Assembly (NCBI GenBank): GCA_963666115.2
Contig: CAXXET010000008.1
Span: forward strand, 96,001 to 160,000
DNA: 64,000 nucleotides
Direction of reading: 5' to 3'
Source: Dehalococcoidia bacterium
Lineage (GTDB): Bacteria > Chloroflexota > Dehalococcoidia > UBA6926
A program made the translations under genes and the position numbers. Each line of letters begins with the position of its first letter. The stretch's first letter is position 1. Of the stretch, positions 1 to 10,007 are shown piece by piece. A model generated the notes under the pieces. It ran no database searches. It had not been told where the DNA came from and saw only the letters and a program-made list of their open reading frames with translations.

Positions 1-88
1 CCACGCCCACCATGACGCTGGACAGCATCAAGGCGCAGATCCGCCGCTCAACCCAACACGATAGCCCCGGAAAGTAAACGTCTCGCTC

Positions 89-661
89 ATGGCAACACGC
101 ATCGGCATCATCTCCGACACCCACATCCCAAGTTCGATACCGGAGTTGTGGCCGGAGGTTGAAATCGTTTTCAAGGACGTTGACCTTATCCTCCACGGCG
201 GCGACCTCATCACCACGGGCGTCGTGGACTGGCTGGAGCGCATCGCGCCCACCTACGCCGCAGAGGGCAACCACGATTACGGGCTGAGCGAGATCGATGA
301 GCGAATCCGGCCCAAGTGGTTCTTTGATATCGAGGGCTACCGAATAGGCCTTGTTCACATCATCGACGGCTGGGGCACGCGCACCGCGACAGACCTCGTC
401 AAGACCTATCTCGGCGAGCTGCCGGACATCGTCATCTGCGGCGACAGCCATTTCGAGTTCATCCGCAAGGAAGACGGAATGCTGATCATCAACGGCGGCA
501 GCGCCACCTATCCCCACAACCAGGAGTCGCGGCTCGGCCACGTCGTCATGCTGGACATCGAACAGGGCAAGGAGCCCGAGGCCCGCATCATCGACCTAAA
601 GGAGTACTCCATCGACGGCACGGACGGCCGCGCCCGCTACGCCCGCGGCCGCAACCGCTAG
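89..661 (+). CDS. Metallophosphoesterase (YfcE/calcineurin-like)
   Basis: Motifs SDTH, HGGD, GNHD, GDSH, INGGS. Confidence 0.85.
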   Translation: MATRIGIISDTHIPSSIPELWPEVEIVFKDVDLILHGGDLITTGVVDWLERIAPTYAAEGNHDYGLSEIDERIRPKWFFDIEGYRIGLVHIIDGWGTRTATDLVKTYLGELPDIVICGDSHFEFIRKEDGMLIINGGSATYPHNQESRLGHVVMLDIEQGKEPEARIIDLKEYSIDGTDGRARYARGRNR

Positions 662-663
662 AA

Positions 664-969
664 CTAGTAGCGTCCGCCGCCGCCCCCGCCTCGGGGACCG
701 CCTCCGCCACCACCGCCTCCGCCTTCGCGACGGTCGCGCGCCTCGTTCACCGTCAACTGCCGACCCTGGTGCTCGTTGCCGTTGAGCGCCGTGATGGCGG
801 CCTCCGCCTCCGAGCTGTTCGGCATTTCAACGAAGCCGAAGCCGCGCGAGCGCATCGAATAACGGTCGATGATCACCTGCGCCGACGAAACCTCGCCGTG
901 CTGCTGAAAAAGATCCTGCAAATCCGCGTCTGTCGCCTGAAAACTCAGGTTTCCGACATATATCCTCAT
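664..969 (-). CDS. RRM RNA-binding protein with Gly-rich tail
   Basis: RNP2 IYVGNL, RNP1 RGFGFVEM, GGGG/R tail; start reassigned to ATG at 969. Confidence 0.93.
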   Translation of the reverse strand: MRIYVGNLSFQATDADLQDLFQQHGEVSSAQVIIDRYSMRSRGFGFVEMPNSSEAEAAITALNGNEHQGRQLTVNEARDRREGGGGGGGGGPRGGGGGGRY

Positions 970-1181
970 GAGTCCGGTCTCCCCGTCTCTGTCTCTGCTA
1001 TCCAAACCCCAGCACTTTCAACTCCGCGCGGGGACGGCCGGCAATCTGCTGCCGGAACAACCTAAGTATACCCTGTGCGAGCGCGCCGCGCTTGCATTCC
1101 CCCCGTTTGACTGCTCAATTGAAAGTGGGTATCAACTAGGCGAGGGGCGGACGACCCGCAGAATCCCCCGCCCCGCCGCCG

Positions 1182-2003
1182 CTACGCCGATGCCGCCTCC
1201 CGCAGAAACGCCAGCAGCGCGTCGTTGTACGCGTCCGTGGTCTCGATGTTCGGGAAGTGCCCCGCCCCCGGGATGATCACCAGCTTGGACTGCGGAATCG
1301 CGCGGTGAATTCGCACCGATCCCCCCGGCGGCGTCAGCCGGTCCTGGTCGCCGCAGATCACGAGCACGGGGCATTTGATGCCCGGAAGATCCGGCGCCAC
1401 CGGATGCGCCCCCAGTTCAGGGCCGGAAATTCGCACGCCCTCGGCGTACACCTCCGGCGCGTTGCGCTCCGCCGTCGCGTTGGTGAACGCCCGGATGTCT
1501 TCGAGGTTGGACTCAATGTACGGGTCGCCCCAACTGCGCTGCGGATCAAACGGCAACGCGCCGATGCCCTGCTCCCGCACCGTCTTGAGCATCCCGTCCC
1601 AGCCGGACAGGTACTCCTGCTTGATCTCCGCCGACGTGTCCTGGATGACGAGCGACAGGGTCTGGTCCGGATAGTCGATGGCGAACTGCTGCGACACAAG
1701 CCCGCCCAGCGAGTGCCCGTGAATGTGCGCCGCGCCGATCCCCACCGCCTTCAACAGCTCCGAAAGATCCTTCGCGAGCGTCCAGCGAGAATATGCGCCG
1801 TCCGTCACCGGCACGCGCTCCGACTGACCAAACCCGCGCATGTCCCACAGCATCAAGTGGAACTCAGCGGAAAGCGCCTCGATCTGGTTCTCATAGCCCC
1901 GCCCGTGGCCTCCCAGCCCGTGCGTCATCACAAACGTCGGCTTGGACGAATCCCCAAACAACTCGTAGAAAAGCTCAACCCCATTCGCCTTGATATGCGG
2001 CAT
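1182..2003 (-). CDS. Alpha/beta hydrolase
   Basis: HGLGG, DMRGFG, GHSLGG nucleophile elbow, GDQD, AGH. Confidence 0.9.
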   Translation of the reverse strand: MPHIKANGVELFYELFGDSSKPTFVMTHGLGGHGRGYENQIEALSAEFHLMLWDMRGFGQSERVPVTDGAYSRWTLAKDLSELLKAVGIGAAHIHGHSLGGLVSQQFAIDYPDQTLSLVIQDTSAEIKQEYLSGWDGMLKTVREQGIGALPFDPQRSWGDPYIESNLEDIRAFTNATAERNAPEVYAEGVRISGPELGAHPVAPDLPGIKCPVLVICGDQDRLTPPGGSVRIHRAIPQSKLVIIPGAGHFPNIETTDAYNDALLAFLREAASA

Positions 2004-2017
2004 CTCAGTCCTCCTCC

Positions 2018-3112
2018 CTATCCCAAATCCAGGCGCAGATTCAGCCGCTGCGCCACGTTCCGCAAACTCTCAACGGACTCCGCATACAACGGTATGCCAT
2101 TCCGTTTGCGATCCTCAATCGTCTCCGCCTCGATGTCCCCCGGCACGCGCACGGCGTCCACGTCCGGCAGCGGCGGCGTCTCCCGCAGCGCCGCCATATA
2201 GTCCGCCATCGACTGCTTGAATTCGTCGGCGTCCGTGAAAGCATCGATTCGCATCGCGCCAAAGAAATGCGCGGACTGATACCCGCCCGCGACCCCGGAG
2301 CCCGCAATTGCCAGCCCCGGCCCCATGCCGGACAGCACGCCGCAGAGGATGTCCACCACCATCGCCAGCCCGTACCCCTTGTGCGACGAATGCTCCAGGT
2401 CGCTGCCCAGTGGCAGGATGCGACGCCCGCCCGGCCCCCGCGCCGGATTGCGTATCGGCTGCAGGTCGTCCGTCAGCCCCCACCCCTCGGGAGCCAGCTT
2501 GCCCTGCCGGTGATACGTGTCGAACTTTCCGGCAGAGACCACGGACGTCGCCGCGTCGAAGATGAACGGCGTCCCGTCTGCGGTCGGCGCGGCAACGGCG
2601 ATCGGATTCGAGCCTAAACGCGGCTCCGCCCCGCCCGCCGGCAGCACAATCGGCCCCGTGTTCGTCATGCTGATGCCGATCATGTCGTGATCGAGCGCCT
2701 GTGTCGCGTACACGCCCGCCGCCCCGAAGTGACGGCTGTTTGCCACCGTCACCCATCCCGAGCCAACCGCCCGAGCCTTCTCGATGGCAAGATTCATCGC
2801 GCGGACGCCCACGCTCAGGCCCAGCCCGCCATCCGCGTCAATGGTGGCGGTCGATGGCGATTCGGCGCGCGCGAGCCACTCCGGTCGAGGATTCACCAGC
2901 CCCGACTCCAACGGGGTGAGGTAGAACCGATCCAGCCGCGCCATCCCATGCGAGCCAATGCCGCGCAAATCCGCCTCGATGAGCGTGTTGGCGGCGGTGG
3001 CCGCGTCCTCTTCGCCCACGCCGAGCGCAGCGAAAGCGCTCACGGCAAACTCCCGCAGCGCGGCCTCAGGGACGCGCGTCGTGTCTTTAGTCAGGGCGCG
3101 CCTCGCGCACAC
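2018..3112 (-). CDS. Ldh_2 family oxidoreductase (malate/lactate/ureidoglycolate dehydrogenase-like); start uncertain
   Basis: ADLRGIGSHG, NSRHFGAAG, GSNPIA, HKGYGL motifs. Confidence 0.88.
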   Translation of the reverse strand: MCARRALTKDTTRVPEAALREFAVSAFAALGVGEEDAATAANTLIEADLRGIGSHGMARLDRFYLTPLESGLVNPRPEWLARAESPSTATIDADGGLGLSVGVRAMNLAIEKARAVGSGWVTVANSRHFGAAGVYATQALDHDMIGISMTNTGPIVLPAGGAEPRLGSNPIAVAAPTADGTPFIFDAATSVVSAGKFDTYHRQGKLAPEGWGLTDDLQPIRNPARGPGGRRILPLGSDLEHSSHKGYGLAMVVDILCGVLSGMGPGLAIAGSGVAGGYQSAHFFGAMRIDAFTDADEFKQSMADYMAALRETPPLPDVDAVRVPGDIEAETIEDRKRNGIPLYAESVESLRNVAQRLNLRLDLG

Positions 3113-3983
3113 GGGTCGCCATCTCCTGGTCGATCTCCTTCGGCCACGAGCGCTTGTTGGGATCCATCACCTTGACGCTGTACCTGCCGATGCCCTCGAT
3201 CTCGAGGGTGCCGGTCTCCCCGTCCTGCAGCGGTCCAATCTCCTGGTGATTCGTGCCAAGCGCGATCACGTCGCCGGGCAGCAGCGTCATCACCTTGGTC
3301 GCCCACTCCAGCAGCTCGGGGATCGTGTGCTCCAGGTCGCTCGTGTTGTAGTCGTGGCGCGGCTGATCGTCCACCCAGTACTTGATATCAAGGTTGTGCG
3401 GGTCCGCAATCTCGTCCGCCGTCACAATGCACGGCCCCAGCGGCCCGCACGTGTCATACGACTTCTGGATCATCGTCGGCCCGCGCCCGATGCCCGCGCG
3501 CGGCGAGACGTCCATGAACGCCGAGTACCCGAAGATGCTGTCCATCGCGTTCTCTTGCGTCAGGTCCTTGCTCCGCTTGCCGATGACCAGCGCCAGCTCC
3601 GCCTCATGGTGGCAGATGGTGAACGGCGTGTTCGGCAGCACCACCGTGTCTCCCGGCCCGATGATGGACTCAGGCGACTTCAGGAACATGTCGATAGGGA
3701 ATGCGCCCCGGTCCTGCCCCTCCTTGTAGTTGCCGAAGCAGCAGATGAGCTTGCGCGGGCGTGGCAGCGGCGCGCGCAACTGCACCGTCGACACGGGAAC
3801 GCCGCCCCCGGATTCCGCGAAGTCCTCGAGGTCGTCGCGCACGGACGCGAAATCCTCGATCAGGTTGATCATCACGTCCTCGACGTGAGGCCCCATGTAA
3901 TCATCCGCCAGGCCGCCCAGGCCAATCACGTTGCCCTCAACCAGCAGGCCGGGACGGAAATCGTTGTACATCACCAGTTTCAT
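3087..3983 (-). CDS. Fumarylacetoacetate hydrolase family protein
   Basis: GNY, FLK, HHEAELALVIG, KSYDT.GPLGP, LLPGDVIALGT. Confidence 0.9.
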   Translation of the reverse strand: MKLVMYNDFRPGLLVEGNVIGLGGLADDYMGPHVEDVMINLIEDFASVRDDLEDFAESGGGVPVSTVQLRAPLPRPRKLICCFGNYKEGQDRGAFPIDMFLKSPESIIGPGDTVVLPNTPFTICHHEAELALVIGKRSKDLTQENAMDSIFGYSAFMDVSPRAGIGRGPTMIQKSYDTCGPLGPCIVTADEIADPHNLDIKYWVDDQPRHDYNTSDLEHTIPELLEWATKVMTLLPGDVIALGTNHQEIGPLQDGETGTLEIEGIGRYSVKVMDPNKRSWPKEIDQEMATRVREARPD

Positions 3984-4109
3984 GCCATATCCCCCATCAG
4001 CGTTGTCGCTTCACCACGAACGCGGTCATCCCGCCAAACGCGGTCATCTCGCCGTTCCCTCCGTTGCATCATACCGCGTCCGCCCCGCCCGCGCCCCCAA
4101 CCCCTCTTC

Positions 4110-4136
4110 GTCATTCCCGCGAAAGCGGGAATCCAG
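4110..4136 (+). repeat. Palindromic repeat family A (GTCATTCCCGC-GAAA-GCGGGAATCC)
   Basis: Related copies at about 24226, 26138, 27984, 28101, 30628, 37547, 53835, 53992, 56657, 56770, 56859, 56950 and 57065. Confidence 0.85.
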
Positions 4137-4281
4137 AACCCGGAATCCACTCCCTCCACAACATGCACAGATTTTCCCGCCAAATACCCTGTCTCTACTT
4201 GACCCCGCCCCGCCCAACACGACATACTCGCACAACGGTAGGGGGATAGGGGGCGCCGGCCCCGTTCAGGAGATATAGCAA

Positions 4282-5421
4282 ATGAAATTCTCGGTTCTCC
4301 AGGAGAATCTGCAGCGCGGACTCGCAACGGTCATGCCGGCGGTCGCAACCCGCACGACGATGCCCATTACAACGCACGTCATGCTCCAGACGGACGAATC
4401 CCGCCTGCGGCTCACCGCCACCAACCTGGAACTCTCTATCTCCTGCTGGATTAGCGCCAGCGTGGAGACGCAGGGCGCGGTCGCAATCCCCGCCCGCCTC
4501 TTCTCCGACTACGTTTCCTCGCTCCAGCGTGACCGTGTTGACCTTGAGCTTGATACGGCCACACGGCAATTGAACATCATCTCCGGTCGATTCAACACGC
4601 ACATGAGCGGCCTGGACGCGGACGACTTCCCGCCCATGCCCGTCGCCGATGACGGCGTCAGCGCGGACGTCCCGTCCGATGTCCTCCGCGCGGGCATCGA
4701 CCGCGTCGTCATTGCCGCCGCCACGGAGGACTCCCGCCCCGTGCTGACCGGCATCCACACGTCCATTGAGGGTGACGCCATCACGATGGCCGCGGCAGAC
4801 GGCTTCCGCCTCGCCGTCCAGACGACCAAGCTGCCCCAGGAGGTCAGCGAAGGGGTCGAACTCATCATCCCCGCCCGTTCCTTGCGTGAGCTCAACCGGA
4901 TGCTGACGGAGCAGGATGCGCCCGTCCGCGTCGCCGTGAACCAGGCCAAGACGCAGGTTCAGTTCCACCTCAACAACATCGTGCTCGGCTCCCAGCTCAT
5001 CCAGGGCAACTTCCCCAACTACCGGCAGCTCATCCCGGAGTCGTCGAACACCCAGACCTCGGTGGAAGTCGCGGACTTCCTTCGCGCCACCAAGACCGCC
5101 GCCGTCTTCGCCCGCGAGGGCAACGGCATCGTCCGACTGTATATGACCCCCGGCGAGAACGAGATGGCGGGGACGATGCGGCTTGAGGCCCGCTCAGACC
5201 AGATCGGCGATCACCAGGGCGTGATCGATGCCAACATCGGCGGCGAGGAAGCCCACATCGCCTTCAACCACCGCTACCTGGAGGATGTGCTGGGCGTCCT
5301 GAACGCCACGGCGACCCTCGAAGTCTCCGGCCCCTCCAGCCCCGGCACCATCCGCCCCGCCCCCACCGACGACGGCACAGAATACGTCCACGTAGTAATG
5401 CCAATGTTCGTCCAATGGTAG
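4282..5421 (+). CDS. dnaN: DNA polymerase III beta sliding clamp
   Basis: ATNLE, SRPVLTG, AADGFRLA, GNFPNY, AFNHRYL, VVMPM. Confidence 0.97.
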   Translation: MKFSVLQENLQRGLATVMPAVATRTTMPITTHVMLQTDESRLRLTATNLELSISCWISASVETQGAVAIPARLFSDYVSSLQRDRVDLELDTATRQLNIISGRFNTHMSGLDADDFPPMPVADDGVSADVPSDVLRAGIDRVVIAAATEDSRPVLTGIHTSIEGDAITMAAADGFRLAVQTTKLPQEVSEGVELIIPARSLRELNRMLTEQDAPVRVAVNQAKTQVQFHLNNIVLGSQLIQGNFPNYRQLIPESSNTQTSVEVADFLRATKTAAVFAREGNGIVRLYMTPGENEMAGTMRLEARSDQIGDHQGVIDANIGGEEAHIAFNHRYLEDVLGVLNATATLEVSGPSSPGTIRPAPTDDGTEYVHVVMPMFVQW

Positions 5422-5494
5422 CGGGGACAGGTTAGAAGGACTGATCGAAGCCCGCTCTTCCATCCTCAAGCAGCGCCCCCGGAGGGAATGCCTT

Positions 5495-6238
5495 ATGCCA
5501 CTCTGTGCAGCGTTTCATGAGATAGCCCAGAAACAGAACACATATGCTATACTTCAATTCAGTGGAAGTGAGCAGGTGTTCACCAGCATTGCCGGTTCGA
5601 GGCATGCCGTGCCTGAGGAGAAGCTGACTTTGGTCGAAGCAATGAAGGATCGAGTTCTGATCGATCTGACACCGGAAATCGACGAGTGCTATGCCCTTGG
5701 ACCGTACTCAGTCGAAGGTGCGCAGAATCTTGAGACGGCACCCTACGGGCGAATCGTCAATTATGCAAAGTACTGGCATATCAGAGAAGCAATGGAGGAA
5801 CTCGTACTGGAACTGGCGGGCTTCATCAGCAAGCATCCAAAACTACGGAGAGTTTTCCATGTGGCTGCTGCGCCGCGCCGGAATGAACATGACGTGCGCC
5901 CTGGCGAAGTGCTGGCCCGTGGTGTCGCCGACGCGCTCGGCATTAAGTTAGTCCAGCCTCGGAAGACTCGCGCCACGCGACCGCAAAAGGAACGAGGCGA
6001 TGAGGAATCAGAAGTCGAACTGATAAACAGAGTGAGGGGCAGCATGGTTGTTGAAACCGCATTGGGAGGGGAGGGCGTCGTGATAATCGATGATGTTCTC
6101 GGCTCCGGCGGCACGATCAGAGAGATAGGGCGTGCCCTTAGGGAGGCAGGAGCGAACTGGGTTGGCGCGACTTGCGTTGCAAAGCGTGCACGCGATCTGC
6201 GCGGTGGCGTAGACTTGAGGGCGGAGCTATGGCGATGA
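5495..6238 (+). CDS. Type I phosphoribosyltransferase (ComF/ShosT-like); true start probably further downstream
   Basis: PRPP loop VVIIDDVLGSGGT; overlaps the DprA-like gene. Confidence 0.75.
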   Translation: MPLCAAFHEIAQKQNTYAILQFSGSEQVFTSIAGSRHAVPEEKLTLVEAMKDRVLIDLTPEIDECYALGPYSVEGAQNLETAPYGRIVNYAKYWHIREAMEELVLELAGFISKHPKLRRVFHVAAAPRRNEHDVRPGEVLARGVADALGIKLVQPRKTRATRPQKERGDEESEVELINRVRGSMVVETALGGEGVVIIDDVLGSGGTIREIGRALREAGANWVGATCVAKRARDLRGGVDLRAELWR

Positions 6239-6939
6239 ATGACATAATTACGCTAACGTCCGCTGTGGCAGAGTATCCCCAGCGAATATGTGTGGCCATG
6301 CCTGACCCACCAACTCTTGGGGCCAGCGGGTGCCTTGATCTCCTTGAAAGGGATGCTATCGGCATCTGCGGCTCACGTAATGCCTCCGACGAGGCACTCA
6401 GGTATGCCTATCGCTTCGGCAAAACGTGTGCGGAAAATGGCTTCGTCGTTGTAAGTGGCCATGCCCGCGGCGTGGACAGAGAGGCCCAAAGGGGTGCTTT
6501 GGAATCGGGCGGCAAGACAATCGCCGTGCTACCTGAGGGCATCAATGGGCTCCACATCGTTCGCGATCTGCAGCAACTAGTTGACCCGGAAAGCAACTTC
6601 TTGGCCGTATCGATGTATGAAGCGAATGCATCGTGGGCTACTTGGCGGGCTATGGAGAGAAATAAGCTAATCGTTGGCCTCTCTCTCGGGTTGCTAGTTG
6701 TCGAGGCTCGTGAAACAGGCGGCACAATAAATGCCGCATATGAGTGTGCCCGTCAAGGCAAGCCCCTGGCTGCGGTCAAGTTTGTTCACGAGGACGCTAG
6801 CCGGGCAGGCAATAGGGAGCTTCTGCTGCAAGATAAGGCAGTACCCTTGGAGTCTCGCGAGGACCTCTTGGGAGTCCTCAACATGGCGGCCCAGGGCAAT
6901 AGGCCACTCGGTAGCCAGATCCCCTTTACTGTGGTATAG
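6229..6939 (+). CDS. DprA/Smf-like Rossmann protein, short form (ShosA-like)
   Basis: GICGSRNAS, VVSGHARGVD, RNKLIVGLS, VVEARETGGT; no SAM or C-terminal wHTH domain. Confidence 0.85.
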   Translation: MAMNDIITLTSAVAEYPQRICVAMPDPPTLGASGCLDLLERDAIGICGSRNASDEALRYAYRFGKTCAENGFVVVSGHARGVDREAQRGALESGGKTIAVLPEGINGLHIVRDLQQLVDPESNFLAVSMYEANASWATWRAMERNKLIVGLSLGLLVVEARETGGTINAAYECARQGKPLAAVKFVHEDASRAGNRELLLQDKAVPLESREDLLGVLNMAAQGNRPLGSQIPFTVV

Positions 6940-7055
6940 CCGCCACCAATAGGCTTTACGTACCAGCGCGTCCCTTTCACCTCGCCAGCGAAGCGTTGCG
7001 GCGATGCTAGGTCGCTGAGTGCCGAAAGAGGCCGCCAAGCAGGGCAACTAGTTGC

Positions 7056-7577
7056 CTACAGCGCAAACGGCATCCCCTGCAACCCCTTGAGATACCTGAT
7101 CTCCCCCAGGTGGTAGTACGTGTGCCCGATGATGAACGTCTGAAGCAGCCGCGCCAGTGTTCGGTCAGGCCGCTCCTCGTCCATCACGCGATCCAGGTCC
7201 TCGTCCGTCATTCCCTCGAACGCCGCCGGAATCGCAGGCCCCACCTCCGTCGCGTACGCCCGCAGCAGATCGAGGCCGGGCCGAAAGCCGCCAACCTGGT
7301 CCGCCGTGAACCCGGTGCCCGTCCCCTCCTCCGGCGGCATCGTGAACCGCTCATGGTAGCCCTGCGACGCCCAGATCGTCGGCTTCGGCTCCACCGGCAT
7401 GGTGGCGTGAACCGCGTCATCGAGCGTGCGCGTGATGTGCCACGCGATGAACGCGATCGTCGTCGCGCCGGGAATCGGCGCATAGTAGATATTCTCCTCC
7501 GTCAGCGGTTCCAGTTCGCGCAGCAGGCTCGCCTGGATCTCGCGCATCTCTCGAGTCAACACCTGGACGCCGTTCAT
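7056..7577 (-). CDS. DinB family protein
   Basis: IAFIAWH ... HTYYHLGEIRYL metal-binding His pattern. Confidence 0.8.
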   Translation of the reverse strand: MNGVQVLTREMREIQASLLRELEPLTEENIYYAPIPGATTIAFIAWHITRTLDDAVHATMPVEPKPTIWASQGYHERFTMPPEEGTGTGFTADQVGGFRPGLDLLRAYATEVGPAIPAAFEGMTDEDLDRVMDEERPDRTLARLLQTFIIGHTYYHLGEIRYLKGLQGMPFAL

Positions 7578-7594
7578 TGCCCCACCTCCGGCTG

Positions 7595-8743
7595 CTAGCG
7601 AAACGTGTTCTTGATCCAGTCCATGAAACCCTTGCCCTCGCGCTCCCCGTCCTCCCCGTTCTCAGGCGCGGCCGGCAGCGTGGCGGCCAACTGCTCCAAC
7701 AGTTGTCGCTGTTCATCCGTAAGCTGGTCGGGCACGTGGACGGATGCAACGACGAAAAGGTCGCCGCGAGCGCGCTGATTCTTCGGGTCGGCCACGCCAC
7801 GCCCCCTGATCCTGAACGACTGCCCGGACTGCACGCCGGCCGGAATCTGGAACGCCTCATCGCCCTCCAGCGTCGGGATGCTGATCTCCGCCCCCAGCGC
7901 TGCCTGCGCGATGTTGATGGGCGCGCGATGGAACAGGTGCCGTCCCTCCCGCTCAAACACCGTGCTCGGCGTCACGTCCAGCTCGATATACAGGTCGCCG
8001 GGCGGTCCGCCGTTCGCGCCGGCCTCCCCCTCCCCGCCAAGACGAATCCGGTTGCCCGTATCCACCCCGGGCGGCACCGTCACGCGCACGGAGAGGTCGC
8101 GCCTGACCCGTCCGGCCCCATGGCACTCGGAGCACGGGTTCGTGATGACCACGCCCTCGCCGCGGCACCGGCCGCACGCGCTAATGTTCACGTACTGGCC
8201 GAAAATGCTCTGTTGGCTGCGCCGAATCTCCCCGGACCCGTTGCAAACAGAACACGCCTCCGGTTGTGTCCCGGGCTCTGCCCCCGTCCCCGTGCAGCTC
8301 TGGCACAACTCGTTGCGGGAAACCGAAATGTCCTTCTCGACGCCCAGGACCGCGTCCTCAAAAGGCAGCCGCATCCGCATGGCGAGGTCGTCCCCCCGCT
8401 GCGGCCCGCCGCGCCGCCCTTGGCGACCCCGCGCCCCGCCGAAGAAAGCGTCGAAAATATCGCCGAAGCCGCCGAAACCGGAGAATGCGTCGCCGTTGGC
8501 GAAGCCGTCCGCGCCATTCAGCCCCGCGTGCCCGAAGCGGTCATAGGCGGCGCGCTTGCGCTCATCGCGCAGCACCTCGTACGCCTCATTGATCTCCTTG
8601 AACTTCTGCTCGGCGTCGGAGGAGCGATTCCGGTCCGGGTGGTGCTCGAACGCAAGCCGCCGGAACGCCCGCTTCACGTCCTCCGCAGACGCGTCACGCC
8701 CCAGCCCAAGTACGTCGTAGTAGTCCTTCTTATTCGTCGTCAT
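7595..8743 (-). CDS. dnaJ: Chaperone DnaJ
   Basis: J-domain HPD, G/F region, four CxxCxGxG repeats. Confidence 0.97.
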   Translation of the reverse strand: MTTNKKDYYDVLGLGRDASAEDVKRAFRRLAFEHHPDRNRSSDAEQKFKEINEAYEVLRDERKRAAYDRFGHAGLNGADGFANGDAFSGFGGFGDIFDAFFGGARGRQGRRGGPQRGDDLAMRMRLPFEDAVLGVEKDISVSRNELCQSCTGTGAEPGTQPEACSVCNGSGEIRRSQQSIFGQYVNISACGRCRGEGVVITNPCSECHGAGRVRRDLSVRVTVPPGVDTGNRIRLGGEGEAGANGGPPGDLYIELDVTPSTVFEREGRHLFHRAPINIAQAALGAEISIPTLEGDEAFQIPAGVQSGQSFRIRGRGVADPKNQRARGDLFVVASVHVPDQLTDEQRQLLEQLAATLPAAPENGEDGEREGKGFMDWIKNTFR

Positions 8744-8810
8744 GGCAACAGTTCAAGTGTATACCACGACGCATTATGCCGCGCCGCCGCAGTTGCGCCG
8801 TCGTCGTGGC

Positions 8811-9575
8811 TCAGCCGCTCGGCTCAACTGCGGGATCGGCGGTGGGTTGATAATAGACTTGGATGCTCTCAACGTTGGTGGTGTTGAGGAGGACGGTGCC
8901 GCCGCCAGGTTGATCTGTGAGCGTCAACGGATCATCGGGAGAGATGCTCGAAAGCCACACAGCCTTGGTGATGCTGAAGTCTTTATCTGGCTGGTCGTCA
9001 GATAGAAGCGGATATGTTCCGAGTTCGCCGATGTATGTGTCACCGCCCTTGAGCCTCACGAGAAGTCTTGGTCGATTGTTGGCAAAGCCGTTTGTCTCCT
9101 GGTGAAAGATGTCATACCAAACCGGCGTCTGAGGATGGGCCGCTTGAGGAGCCGGCAACCACCGCAGTCTATGTGCGAGCCACATCGCAGGTCCCGATAC
9201 TGTGCTCGCCGCCTTGTGCGGGAACTGGTAAGCGCCCAAAAGCTCCGCAGAGATAGTGATGTATCCGAGGTACACGAGGAGGGAAAACATCGCGGTCAGG
9301 GGGTAATCGGCAAAATACGCTGTAGTGCCATCGGCGACCAGTTCCGTGTAGCGCAACTCAGCGATTGACAGATGGCTGAGCAGGGCTGCGCAGGCTAGGA
9401 ATAGAGTTACGCCGATGACGTGGATGTACATGGAGTACTCAAGCATGGCGGAAAGTTGCCATAGAGTGCTCCGGCGTGATGGATCGGCGCTGCGCGCCAG
9501 AGATGTTCGGTACGAAAGGAATCCCGGCAGAACCAGAATCAGAAGTATGGCAAGATTCCAGGCTGATCCAAGCAT
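8811..9575 (-). CDS. Membrane protein, DUF6338-like
   Basis: LVLPGF N-terminal TM helices, VWYDIF, VRLKGGDTYIG C-terminal domain. Confidence 0.55.
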   Translation of the reverse strand: MLGSAWNLAILLILVLPGFLSYRTSLARSADPSRRSTLWQLSAMLEYSMYIHVIGVTLFLACAALLSHLSIAELRYTELVADGTTAYFADYPLTAMFSLLVYLGYITISAELLGAYQFPHKAASTVSGPAMWLAHRLRWLPAPQAAHPQTPVWYDIFHQETNGFANNRPRLLVRLKGGDTYIGELGTYPLLSDDQPDKDFSITKAVWLSSISPDDPLTLTDQPGGGTVLLNTTNVESIQVYYQPTADPAVEPSG

Positions 9576-9590
9576 GGTTACGCGCCGCGC

Positions 9591-9845
9591 TTAACCCCTG
9601 TCGTCGGCAGGCGTCACAGCATCGGACTCAAGGGAGGCGTCGTGGCCGTTCGACGATCCGTTCCCGGTGGAACGGTTTCGGCCTTGCTCAACAAGTCTGT
9701 CAAAAATGACGTTTGAGCCCAACGGCTCGTCGGATGGCGGCACCTTGTCAATTGACTTCGTGATCCATTCCGGCGCGTAGTCGATGCGGTCTGAGGATGG
9801 AGCGCCTTCAGCGCCGTTTCCTGAACCGTCTTTGCCTCGTTTCAT
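9591..9845 (-). CDS. Hypothetical small protein
   Basis: ATG with GGGGG/GG upstream; co-oriented just upstream of the DUF6338-like gene. Confidence 0.35.
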   Translation of the reverse strand: MKRGKDGSGNGAEGAPSSDRIDYAPEWITKSIDKVPPSDEPLGSNVIFDRLVEQGRNRSTGNGSSNGHDASLESDAVTPADDRG

Positions 9846-10007
9846 TGCCGCCCCCCAAGAGTTCGTGCCATGCCTTCAACGCTAGCGTGCATGACACAAA
9901 CATATATTCTAGAGCCAGTATCGCCCTTCACGAATTGGGTGTCAAGCGCCGATGAACTCGCAAGCGGCCTTATCGTGTGCCTGCGGGCATAGCCCCCAAC
10001 GACCCCG

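Noticed and set aside
4150-4200. oriC/DnaA boxes upstream of dnaN
   Set aside because: Only weak matches (CCCTCCACA, ACATGCACA) with 2-3 mismatches; no dnaA and no skew switch here
5535-5548. LexA box AGAAC-ACAT-ATGC near the PRTase promoter (also weak sites at about 27936, 54081, 59190)
   Set aside because: Two or more mismatches in the core; not distinguishable from chance by eye
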